NCBI GenBank assembly: GCA_965178125.1
Contig: OZ237748.1
Coordinates: forward strand, 1,116,001-1,180,000
Direction of reading: 5' to 3'
Source of the DNA: Bilabrum cf. latius
Taxonomy: Eukaryota
DNA length: 64,000 bases
Numbering within the stretch: position 1 is the stretch's first letter; each line of letters starts with the position of its first letter. Position numbers and translations under genes: made by a program. This document shows positions 49,111-60,659 of the stretch, one piece after another. Under the pieces are notes generated by a model. The model saw only the letters and a list, made by a program, of their open reading frames with translations. It ran no database searches and was not told where the DNA came from.

Positions 49111-49623
49111 ATGTCCGCAATGTGCGCTCCCCAGGTGGCTTGGAGTGTTGTTCGCAAGAACACTTGCTTCCTTGTCAAGCGTGATGGCGTGAGCTTCACT
49201 ATCGAGCCTAGGAACGCTTCCGGCAAGCACTCGTACGCTGCCAGCGGCCTCGTGCACGACAGAGCCGTCGGCGCCGAGTTTGTTGCCGCCGATGAGTCGG
49301 AGAGCGGAAAGCCTACCATCGAGGTGCAGACCGTGCCCCGCGGAAAGGCCAACCAGCCCGCCGCAGTGGAGACCGTGGCCCTGGATGCGTCTGGCGACGG
49401 CAAGGACCTCGTCAAGGCCGTGAACGCCGCCACGTTCGAGACCTACTACAGGCCCGACATGCGCTCGCACATGCTGCGCAGGGTGTACCGCCTCGCCGAC
49501 AAGGTGAAGCGCGCCGGGAAGGAGGACAAGGGCGGACGCAGGGCCAGGCACGCCGTGCGCGCTGGGCGGGTGATCCCCCCCTTCGCCGTCTTGCACGCCA
49601 AGAAGGCCGAGACCGAGGAATGA
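49111..49623 (+). CDS. RPL28: 60S ribosomal protein eL28
   Basis: W.VVRKN.CFLVKR....F..EP.N....HSY..SGL and YYRPD motifs. Ends at TGA. Confidence 0.9.
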   Translation: MSAMCAPQVAWSVVRKNTCFLVKRDGVSFTIEPRNASGKHSYAASGLVHDRAVGAEFVAADESESGKPTIEVQTVPRGKANQPAAVETVALDASGDGKDLVKAVNAATFETYYRPDMRSHMLRRVYRLADKVKRAGKEDKGGRRARHAVRAGRVIPPFAVLHAKKAETEE

Positions 49624-50157
49624 GCACTTTGTATTTAAAGTGTGTGATAGGATTCACTGCAGGGCGTGTGTCTGATCTGTGCGTTGCCGGGGGCTGGCGG
49701 CAGGGCGAGGAGATGGCCAGCGGCTGGGATGCTGCTTTGAGCTTGTCTCCCGCGATGGGCTTGAGATTGCTGTCTCTGGGGATGCATTGAATAGAAAACC
49801 ATGGTACATGCTTGACTTTGTCAGACCTGGAGGACGATCATGCCTCGACCACTCCACGGTACGACCACCTGCGATTTTTAGTAGCTTGAAGTATCTGTCA
49901 CCGGGTGCATTTATCCAATCTACTTCAATATGGCAGGTCACACAGCCCACTTTCGAGCTACGAACTTCGTAACCGGCACGCACGCCCCGCGCCTGGGGCG
50001 GTAGCCGAGCAAGGTACAGCCTATCCGGATCCGGATTCCGGATTTAGGGACCGACAAGCCACCCATCCATCTGTGGGCCGCTGCAACACAACCGCGACAC
50101 ATCATTCAGCCGTAGCACCTTTTGTTGCGCTGGTCAACACTCTCTGGCACCCGCCCG

Positions 50158-53100
50158 TCACACCTCAATGGCGCCCGCGCTCTGGGCGTCGTCGAAGCGC
50201 TCGTCCTTCTGGTTGGGCGAAGGCTTGCCCCGGCTGCCACTCGTCACAGTGACGTTCACACCCGCCTTGTCCTTGGGCTCCTCGGCCGCGTCCCCGGCCT
50301 TGCGCATCTGCCTCCACAGCACGAAGGCCGCCAGGGCAAGGAGCCCCACGCCGCACACGGCGATGGCCGCGACCAAGCCGGTCGAGAGCCCGTCATCACC
50401 GTCGCTCGAGGGCCGGTCCAGCAACGCCGCGGCCCTCCCCGCCCCCGACGTCTGCTGGTCGATGGCCACACCGCCAGTGCCGTCCCCCAGCAGGATCTCG
50501 CTGAGAACGGCGTCGGCTTGGATCGACGCGGCCAGGCTCCCGTCCGCCTGCGCACTCGTCACACGGGCCAGGCCGGCGGTCGCCTGCTCCTCGTCCTCGG
50601 CGGTGATGACGATCGTCACGTTGCTGCTAAAGTACACGTCACCCTCGCCGGAAACCTGATCCTGCAGCAGACGCCCCCTCCCGCGCCGCCTGCCCCTCTT
50701 GGACGACCGCACCGTGGCCGAGGTCAGGGGCGGCTCCTCGGCGTCAACTTCTCTGGCGGCCTCGAAGGCCGCTTCCCGGATGACCCTGGCGAGAGCACCG
50801 GCCTCGTCACAGCCCACGATGTCGCTCGTGTCCAGCATCAGGTCCAGCCGCACCACTGGCTGGGTGCCCGGGATGGTGGCCAGGGGAACCAGGGGGGCCT
50901 CGGGGGTGCCCTCGCACTCCTCCTCCTCGTCCACGTCGGCTGGCACCGCCGCCGGCACCACGGTCAGGGCGACCGCGGCGGCCGCAGAGGTCTGCAGACC
51001 CCCGTTGGTGCTCGTGTTCCCCACGGCCCCGGCGTCGGTGACGGTGAACTCAACGGACACTTCCGTCTTCAAGCCCTGGAAGCTGCTCCTGGCGCGGAAC
51101 CCGACGGCCCGCCCGGCTGCCTCCAGCACATCCAGCGACAGGCCGGGGCTCTGGGCGTCGGTCGAAGTCACCGCGAGCGTGCACGAGTCGTTCGACTCGG
51201 CCGACGACGCAGGCCCCGTCCAGACCCCCTGCACCGAGGCGGGCGCGCCCCCCCCCAGGAACAGCTCGTCCTCGGCGGGCCGGCAGCCCGCGGCGACGCG
51301 CACGTCCAGCCTGGCCATCGTGTCGTCGTCCACGTCGGTCAGCGAGATGATGGCCGAGTCACCAAGCAGCGCCACGCCGTCGGCGCCGCGCACGTAGTTC
51401 CCCAGCGGAGCCGCCAGGGCGATCTCCAGCAGCGGGGCCTGGTTGACGTGACGGATCGCCACGCCCCTGCCGACGGTTGCGACCGCGGGGGCGCCGCCGC
51501 TCGCGGCGACGGCGCGTGGGCTCGCGTCGTGCAGCGTGGCTACCACCCGCCTCGCGCCCACGGGGATGGCGGAGCCGGCCATAGACCGGAACCCAAGGCC
51601 TCGCAGTGCCTCCAAAACGGTCGCCAGCGAGCCCTCCTCGATGGAGCCCATGCGACCCCCGTCGGTCAGTGTGACGAGTGCGTCCACGTCGGGGTCCGCC
51701 ACCACCAGCTGGTCTCCTGCCCTGGCCATCTCAATCGTCACATCGGCGCTGATGTTGCGCCCCGTGTCCTGCGCCCGCACCTGCAGCCCCAGGAAGAGCG
51801 CCACGGGGCCGTCCTGCCCCTCCACGAACACGGCCGACTCGGAATCGACCAGGAGCTCGGGAACCCGGTAGTCCAGCAGTACGTCGATCGTGACGCTGTC
51901 CGAGGCAGACTCTTGGTCGCTCTCGTCCACCTGGCCGCGGCTGCCCGTGTCCTTGATCGTCACATCCAGGTGGCGATCACCCGGAGTCATAAACGCGGCC
52001 GAGCTGTTGAAGGCGAGTCCCTCCAGCGCCGTCTGCAGGTCCATCGGCGACATGCCGGCGGTGATGGCGGTCAGGCCGTCCAGGCCCAGCATCAGGCCGC
52101 CCGCACCCCCCGTCAGGTCCACCAGATGGTCTCCCTGCATGGGATCCTGCAGCTCCACCGCTGCCTCCAGCAGCACGTCGTCCGCGTCCGTGAGCATCAC
52201 ACCCCCCAGCAGCTGCAGCGGCATGTGCGCACCCTCGTCATATGTGACCGTTGAGTTCTACAGGGCGATCACGGGCGCCTGGTTGGCCGGGATGATGGCG
52301 ATACTCACGTTGAGGGACGTGGACACGCCCGCCACGCTCCCAAAACCGGCATCCGTCAGCGTCAGCGTGACGGTGCGGGTCAGCGAGGCCGAGTAGGGGG
52401 CGTCAGTCCTGAACTGGAACCCGCGCAGCACCTCCGGGATATCGGCCGTGGCGATGCGCTGCGCCGGGTCGCTGGTGGCAGAGTGCCCACCAGACACGAC
52501 GGAAATGCCCGCGCCGGCCTGGCCCGTGGGTGCCCACACGATGGCGTCGCCCTCCACGGGCTGCTGGATGGCCACGTGCACGTCGTAGCTGCGGGTCTCC
52601 TCGGGGTCGGTCACGGTGACGCCGTCAAAGAGCGTGGGGAAGGGTGCGTCCTGCCCCTCGGTGACTGGGGCCGGGGCGGTGCCCGCCTGGATTGAGTGGC
52701 CGTCGTTGACAGGCGTGATGGCCACGCGCTGCACGAAGGTGGACGTGAGGCTTCCCTCCCCCGCACTGTCCGTCACATTGACCTCGATGCTGCGGCCGTT
52801 CTCGTAGACCTCGCTCGTCGTGAAGAAGCTGACGGCCTCGAGTGCTGCCCCCACCGTGGAGATGTCGCCTCTCGGGATGGTTGCAACCGTGTCGTCCGCC
52901 GAGAGCGCGATGCTGGATCCGGTGAACTCCAGCCGGTCCCCCGTCTGCGGGTTCTTGATGCTCACCACAGCCTAGACCTCGTCGCTGTCGGGGTCCCTCA
53001 GGGCGATGCCCGCCAGCAGCTGCGCCGCAGGGGTGCCCTCCGTGTAGGCCACCGGAGTCGTCACGGCGCTGGCATCGATGACGGGGGCGTCGTTCACCTC

Positions 53101-55123
53101 GACGACCAACACCTTCAGCACGGCGCTCGCCACGGCTCCGTCCGCGTCCGTCGCGTTGATGAGGATGTGACGAGTGGGGCCGCCCGCGGGCCTGTCCTCC
53201 GCCTCGCTGCTGAAGGCGACCGTCCGGAGCGCCGCCTGCGCCGCATCCGCCGCCTGCTCCGCGACCATCGCCATGTGCGAGTCCCCGGACAGCGTGACGA
53301 GTGCGGTGTCAGCCGAGAGCGCGTCCTCCTCCGCGTGAGGCCCGCTGATGGTCACGTTGATGGCCACATCACTGTCGGGGTCCGTGACGTTGACAGCCGA
53401 CAGGATCGGCATAGCTGGCGACCCTTCCCTGTACTCGATGAGATCCTCGGGGACGGCGATGATCGGCACGTCGTTCGTGGGCGTGATGCGGATGGTGATG
53501 GTGACCAGTGTCTCGAGTCCGTCGTTCTCGTCCCGGGACACGAGCGTGAGGTTCTTGGAGGTCTTCTCCGTGCCAGACCGGAACAGGAGCTTGCCGAAGT
53601 CGCCCTCCACCATGGAGTCCGACTGCGGGCCGAATGTGAAGGTGTGGCCGTCCGCCCCCATGACCCGGTGATCACCCAGGGTGCCGGTGTACACGAGCTC
53701 GTCCTGCTCCTCCGGGTCGTCGATGCTCACCACAAGGGTGGCCTTGCCGCCCTCGGGGTCCACCATGTCGAGCCCCGTCAGGAACGCAACCCCGTCCGCT
53801 CCCTCCGTGTAGGCCACGGGGAGCGTCATGCCGGACGTGTCCAGGACTGGGGGGTCGTTGATGTTCGTGATACTCAGCGTGATCTGCGCCGTCGCCGACA
53901 TGCCCGCGAAGTCGGTCGCCGTGAGAGTGATGGTCTTCGAGGCTGACTCCGTGCCAGACCGGAACGAGAGGCTGTCCACGTCCGCGAGTAGCTCGGGGGG
54001 GAATTGCGGGCCGAAGGTGAAGGTGTGCTTGTCAGTCGCCAGCACCCGCATCACCGCAGCACCCGTCGACCCCGTCCACACGAGCTCGTCCTGCTCCTCC
54101 GCGTCGTCGATGCTCACCACCAGGGTCATGTTCTGGCCCTCTGGGTCCGTGACGTTCAGCCCGGTCAGGATAGCCACTGCGTCTGCTGACTCGGTGTAGG
54201 CCACGGGGAGCGTCAGGCCGGACGTGTCCAGGACTGGGGGGTCGTTGGGCGGACCCACGTTGATGATGATGTCCTCATGAACCACATATTGTGCGAAAAT
54301 GTCCGTGAGCGTTATGTGCACGGTGCGGGCCCCCAACTTCTGCCCGGTGGAAGTGAACGTGACCTCTTCGTAGTTCGCAGGTGATCCCATGGTTTGTTCA
54401 TTCCGCTGGTGCATTTCTCCAATTGTAGCATTAACCTCAAACACTGCATCGTCCTCCTCGAGTGTCCAACCCGACGCCATCCCGTTTGAGAATTGCAGCT
54501 TGTCCCCCTCCTGGGCGTTGACAATTTCCGCTCGCAGGCTAAGGTACGCTTTTTCACGCGCGACGACGTCGAGCTTCTCCATGATCGGCAGAGGATCCGT
54601 CTCGCCGGGTAGGAAATTTCGGGTCAGGCTCATCCGGGAGGTGTTCAATGCCGGCATGGGGGGCTTCTTTAAGGTCACGTTGACGTTGATCTCCTGATAT
54701 TTCGATCGGTCGTCATGGTCACTGAACTTAACCTGGTACAGGCGCCAAGTGGGCCGCTGCAGCATTTCTTTCAGCCAATATTTACCTCTTTCCAAATCAA
54801 ATTCAGGATGGAGTAGGACTTGAAACCTAGCTAGGTCCTACAGGAAATCATCCTGATTGTCATAGAGACGACTGCTTACAGCCTCAGCAGTCGGATTATC
54901 GAACAGTGACGAATCGTTGCCTGAAAACTCAATGAGAACCTTCCGCCCACCGAGGAAGGCATCGGGGTACACGGATAGCCTCAGATCTTTCAGCTCGAAA
55001 AGGACCGCTTTTAGCGGCGGCACTTTAGCTTGGGTGCCCTCGGTCTCCACGTGTGTTGGAAACAACGTCGCATTCATGAACGGTCCGTCCGGATTGCGTT
55101 CGGTCGGGTTACCTTGCACCCCC
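50158..55123 (-). CDS. Large type-I membrane protein with tandem cadherin-like repeats (last exon; 5' exons unresolved)
   Basis: ORFs 54838, 52972, 52258 and 50158 are one frame joined across TAG 54838, 52972 and 52258. Repeated NDPPV/NDAPV...Y.EG...TDPD/E motifs and TM helix GLVAAIAVCGVGLLALAAFVLW. CTAAC...CTGCAG acceptor near 55124. Ends at TGA. Confidence 0.85.
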
Positions 55124-56230
55124 CTGCAGAGAAAAATTCGAGTCAACATGTTAGCTTGCGAGTGGCGGTAGGGTAGGGACCAAGTCTGTGCTCTCCGCAG
55201 GAGGAGGAGGACGGCCTGCTCATGCACCAGCTGATTGATTCTGCTGGTTTGCCTTCACCAAGACTTAAAGAGGAATCAACAGGAGGCATACGGGGAAGGG
55301 AAAATGGTATACATGTTTATCACGTTTACGCCTGGAAAAGTCCTGCACGACCACGGCTACGAGTATGTCGGGAAGGCGATAGCCAGAATGTCACGACCAG
55401 GACACGAAAACTGGGCTGCTTGGCCACGATTTGCTCACGAAACGAAGACAAGTGCAGCCCATGCACTTAAAAACACTGATTGTACGAGGTTGCCCGATTT
55501 GGGTCGCATGCTGCTCGCCTACTAGCTGTTTGTCACTAGCGGCCCGGGGCCACCTGGCGCTAGATCTAGAGCCGGACCGACGGCCGGTTTCGAGGTTGCG
55601 TCGGATTTTGGTTAATTCAGATTTCTTGGTCTGCATTTTCGTGAGCCCTACCGAGTGTTGCAGGGCCTTTCTGCCAACTCAGGAACTGTATTAGTAGTTT
55701 TAACCAATACGTGCGTCCTTGTGTCTGCCATGAATCGCGCAGTTAATCCTCGGTTGCTGCGTTTGGGCGAGGCCCTCCGATGGAGCGGTTGGAGGGGGCA
55801 AGTTCCGCGGCCGATTCGGAGGGACCTGAGACATATCTCGGATACCGTACCTGCAATTCGCTTCAAAGTTGGCTCATTGTTTTGTGAGTGCTTGTTGCAG
55901 GGAATTGAGATGCGCATTTGAGCCTCGTGCCTATCGCCGGACCCGGAGGGGGGGGGGGGGCGGAGCAGGGGAACCGCCCACCCGCGGGCTCGTAGATGGG
56001 AAGCGATGCCATCGGGTCCCTGAGCGGAGTAGGCGCGCGGGGGGCGGGGGCCGCGTCGGCCGTGGGGCAGGACCCCTTGCTGGCGGGGCTGCGGCTGCTG
56101 CTGATGCTGCGCGAGGGAGGGCGGGCGGGGGCAGGGGCGGGGTTCGTCCCAATCGGCGCACTGGGCAGTGTTGGCGGGGGACATGGCGCACCTGAGCCAC
56201 CAGAAGGGGGCAGGGAGTAAACGATGCCAG

Positions 56231-56870
56231 TGGTGCAGGGTGGATGGTGCGTGCGCTGGGCCTGGTGCAGGGCGGATGGTGCGTGCGCTGGGCCTGGTGC
56301 AGGGCGGATGGTGCGTGCGCTGGGCCTGGTGCAGGGCGGATGGTGCGTGCGCTGGGCCTGGTGCAGGGCGGATGGTGCGTGCGCTGGGCCTGGTGCAGGG
56401 CGGATGGTGCGTGCGCTGGGCCTGGTGCAGGGCGGATGGTGCGTGCGCTGGGCCTGGTGCAGGGCGGATGGTGCGTGCGCTGGGCCTGGTGCAGGGCGGA
56501 TGGTGCGTGCGCTGGGCCTGGTGCAGGGCGGATGGTGCGTGCGCTGGGCCTGGTGCAGGGCGGATGGTGCGTGCGCTGGGCCTGGTGCAGGGCGGATGGT
56601 GCGTGCGCTGGGCCTGGTGCAGGGCGGATGGTGCGTGCGCTGGGCCTGGTGCAGGGCGGATGGTGCGTGCGCTGGGCCTGGTGCAGGGCGGATGGTGCGT
56701 GCGCTGGGCCTGGTGCAGGGCGGATGGTGCGTGCGCTGGGCCTGGTGCAGGGCGGATGGTGCGTGCGCTGGGCCTGGTGCAGGGCGGATGGTGCGTGCGC
56801 TGGGCCTGGTGCAGGGCGGATGGTGCGTGCGCTGGGCCTGGTGCAGGGCGGATGGTGCGTGCGCTGGGCC
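56231..56870. repeat. 32-bp minisatellite, 20 copies
   Basis: Unit TGGTGCAGGGCGGATGGTGCGTGCGCTGGGCC. Confidence 0.95.
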
Positions 56871-56915
56871 CGGGGCTGCTGGGGCAACTGAGGGCAACCG
56901 AGGTGGGCGCGGGGA

Positions 56916-57693
56916 TGGTGGACCGGTGGGGGCTGGAGGCGCTCGGGTGGATCGAGGCTGTGCTGGTGGACCGGCGGGGGCTGGAGGTGCTCGGGTGGAT
57001 CGAGGCCGTGCTGGTGGACCGGCGGGGGCTGGAGGCGCTCGGGTGGATCGAGGCCGTGCTGGTGGACCGGTGGGGGCTGGAGGCGCTCGGGTGGATCGAG
57101 GCCGTGCTGGTGGACCGGCGGGGGCTGGAGGCGCTCGGGTGGATCGAGGCCGTGCTGGTGGACCGGTGGGGGCTGGAGGCGCTCGGGTGGATCGAGGCCG
57201 TGCTGGTGGACCGGTGGGGGCTGGAGGCGCTCGGGTGGATCGAGGCCGTGCTGGTGGACCGGTGGGGGCTGGAGGCGCTCGGGTGGATCGAGGCCGTGCT
57301 GGTGGACCGGTGGGGGCTGGAGGCGCTCGGGTGGATCGAGGCCGTGCTGGTGGACCGGCGGGGGCTGGAGGCGCTCGGGTGGATCGACGCCGTGCTGGTG
57401 GACCGGCGGGGGCTGGAGGCGCTCGGGTGGATCGACGCCGTGCTGGTGGACCGGCGGGGGCTGGAGGCGCTCGGGTGGATCGAGGCCGTGCTGGTGGACC
57501 GGCGGGGGCTGGAGGCGCTCGGGTGGATCGAGGCCGTGCTGGTGGACCGGTGGGGGCTGGAGGCGCTCGGGTGGATCGAGGCTGTGCTGGTGGACCGGCG
57601 GGGGCTTGAGGCGCTCGGGTGGATCGAGGCCGTGCTGGTGGACCGGCGGGGGCTGGAGGCGCTCGGGTGGATCGAGGCCGTGCTGGTGGACCG
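56916..57693. repeat. 48-bp minisatellite, ~16 copies
   Basis: Unit TGGTGGACCGGYGGGGGCTGGAGGCGCTCGGGTGGATCGAGGCCGTGC. Confidence 0.95.
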
Positions 57694-58979
57694 GGGGCCC
57701 GAGGGCAGGCGGGGAGTAAGGCATGCTCTGGGGCATCACCCCGCACTGATGATGTAGCGAGCATTAATATCAAGCTTGTATTGCTACTTTCAAGTGCTCG
57801 GAAGGGGGTATCCTGTTCGGTCACCCAGATTGTGGACAAGAGGATCAGGAACAATGCTGTGTGGAAGTCGGCTCGCCAATGCTGGCGACTACTACGTCGA
57901 ACGAGAATACAGAAGAAGAATTACGATCAACCACAATTTGGCTGCAGCTGGATTTTCCAACTTAATATCCCAGCTGACAAGTTCCTGCATGCGTGCATGG
58001 TGTGCAGTCGATCCATTGGATACGACCTGAAGCGGTGCGGAGGAATCCGCGACAAGACCAAGGCCCTGGGCATTAAGACCAAGAGAACACTCGGTGCGAC
58101 CAATGTGTCTCGCTACTTTGATGCAGTATGGTTCATCGAGAACTCCGAGTGGTGCATTATGAGCTCCTGCCAAGGCATTGTCTACGTTCTGGACGCGGGG
58201 ACCCTACGAATCATGTACCTACCTTAAGCGTACAAGTGAGGCAAGAAACACCGCAAAAAAGGGGCAGTTGCAAAGGGGCAGTTGCCAAGCAGCTTATGAA
58301 CGGTGCAGCTAGAAGACCCCTGGGGGCAGACAAGCCCAAGAAGCCCCAGTTCATCAGGCGGGCATTCAGGCCGAAGAATGCAACCGGAACCTGGGCATAG
58401 CGTGTGGCTATTGCGGCCGCAGGCCAATGCAGCAGCTTCAGCGAACAATGTGACGGTGGCCGTGTACGCCGATCACAGGCCTGATCCGCACGTGTACAGC
58501 GCAGAAGCGGGGGAGGATCGCCCAGTTGTTGCCCTGCACCTGGCAAGGAACCACTGCCAGTGCAGCCCTTTCTTCGCAGAATAGCCTACGGTGCGTCGAG
58601 TCGTAGATCGACTAGCACGGCCAGGCTCGGCCGCATTTGCATGCCATGTAGTCTGTGGAAGGCATGGTCTGGCCATGAACGCCCAGTATAGCCACCTTAA
58701 GGGTTGTTTTGTGCGTGAATGTGAGCTCGTAGGAGCCTAGAAGATATTGATAGCAATTTGAACAGTGGCTGGTACAACTTTCACGCGTTTTCAGCCCTTA
58801 ACTGGTTACCATTTATCTGATTTTGGCACTTGAGACCTTACATGGCAGGACCCCTGGCACACGGTAGGAGAGGGGTGCGGGTCAGGAATGAATTGCGCGT
58901 ATGTGTGCCTTAAATTTGCTCCGGATATACTGAAAATACTATCATGTACAAGTGTTGCATAGACCTGCAACAGGTTTCT

Positions 58980-60659
58980 TTAGTAGTGGGTCTTCTTATC
59001 TTGGGCATTGCGCACATACTCGAACGCCTCCTCGAACCTGGATCCGATAAGTCCTGCATGGGGCGCATAACACTTTGGCACACCCTCGCAGGTTTCCGAG
59101 TACCAGACAGTACTGCCCGTAGCCTGCTGGCGGAGGTACGCGGCGTTGTGAATTAGCGTCAACATCGAGGGCCCGGGCCACACGTAGGACGAGGCGAGAC
59201 TCCAGATGTATGCCCCGCTGTCCATGTCTACGAGAGCAAGATCTCCCGTGCGGTCGCACTCGTCCCCCGTGATGACGAATGCGCATTTCTGGGCCATTGC
59301 CCGGGTGTTCGAATGCCAACTTCGGGACCCGGAGTTTCTCGTCTCCACCACGTCGCAGTCGTTGCCTACCATCAGAGTGGCCCTGCTATTGCCCCCCACC
59401 CGGAGCGCCTACCCCATGGCCAGCACCTCATCGTCCCACAGAGTGCGCCCCTTGGCGGCAGGTCGCTTGGCGAGCGCCTTTGGATCGCAGCGATGAACTG
59501 ACCAATAGATGGCTTTCTGCAGCACGCCCGTCTTGCGACCATTGCCGAAGGTCTCGTCGTCGTCGGGACTATCCAGGTCCGCCGATCCCGCAGACCACAC
59601 GATCACACCGCCCTGCTGGTGCAGGACGGCATTCCCGTCCCCCTGCAGACGAAGGGTATCTGCACCCGGGTCCATCAGCGAGGTAGGCACCCGCCAGATG
59701 TACTGCCCGGAGGCGCTGTCCACGATGGCCAGGTCGCCCTTGGTGTCGCACCCGTCGCCTGTGATGACGAGTGCGCACTTCCCTTCGGTACCCTTGCCCT
59801 TCGTGTTGGTCGCGAACACCGCTTCGCCCTCTCGGTACACCACCAGGTTGCAGTCTCCCTGCATGCGCAGCTCGGCCCCATCGCCCGCCCTCAAGGCGGC
59901 CCCGGCTCGCAGCACCTGCCTCGGAGACAGCACGTCGCCGTCGGTCACTTGGTGGTACGAAGATTGCATTGATCCTGCATCGCAGTGTAGACTGTGCACG
60001 TCCTCTCGCACCTACAGATCGAAGTGGAACTTCCCTCCCCCCTTCGAGTGGCCCCCGGTGTCGGTGCTCCACAGCAGGTGCGCGCCCTCTTGAAGGAGAA
60101 CGGCATTGCCGTCTCCCTAGACCAGAAACGTGTCCACCTCGGGTGTGAAGATAGACGATCGTACCCGCCAGAGGTACTTGCCCGTATCCGTGTCGATGAT
60201 GGCCAGGTCTCCCTGCATGCTACACGATGCATCCGTCAAGACCAGCGCACAGTGCTCGGGAGGCTCCTCCTTTGTATCCCAGTTGCCGGCGATGAACAGG
60301 TTCTAAGTAGAACCATCTCTAGGTATGACCAGCATGCACTCAGTCGTGAGCCGCACCTCCGTCGAATCCTTGGACAAGGCGTGGGAGGAATGCAGGATCT
60401 CGCCTCTCCGGAGCCTGTCGCCCTCTGCCGGCTTCCTCGCGGCCAAGGCGCTGACGTCGCAGGAGTCTACGTCACCTTTGTTAAGCTTGGCGTCCAATAA
60501 TTGGATGTCGCGGCTCTGGTGCCTGCTGCTGGCGTGGACCGAGGCCTACGAGAAAGAGCCAGCGCTGCGAAGGTGCTGCTGGCCTGCTGCTCGTCGCCCG
60601 TGCACACTGAGTGGCGAACAGGCGGCGATAGCTACCAGAATAGAAACGATTGATCGCAT
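58980..60659 (-). CDS. Secreted protein with three bulb-type (B-)lectin-like domains
   Basis: Signal-peptide-like MRSIVSILVAIAAC. MQGDCNLVVY and LQGDGNAVL match QxDxNxVxY. One frame across TAG at 60546, 60303, 60117, 60012 and 59409. Ends at TAA 58980-58982. Confidence 0.85.

Noticed and set aside
43193-54200. Long plus-strand ORFs opposite the HEAT-repeat and cadherin-like genes
   Set aside because: Antisense shadows expected in very GC-rich coding DNA.
38710-57693. Tandem arrays as CRISPR arrays
   Set aside because: Units are contiguous without unique spacers, there are no cas genes, and the context is eukaryotic.
55863-57854. Long ORFs over the minisatellites
   Set aside because: Open in several frames on both strands because the GC-rich repeat units lack stops; no independent coding evidence.
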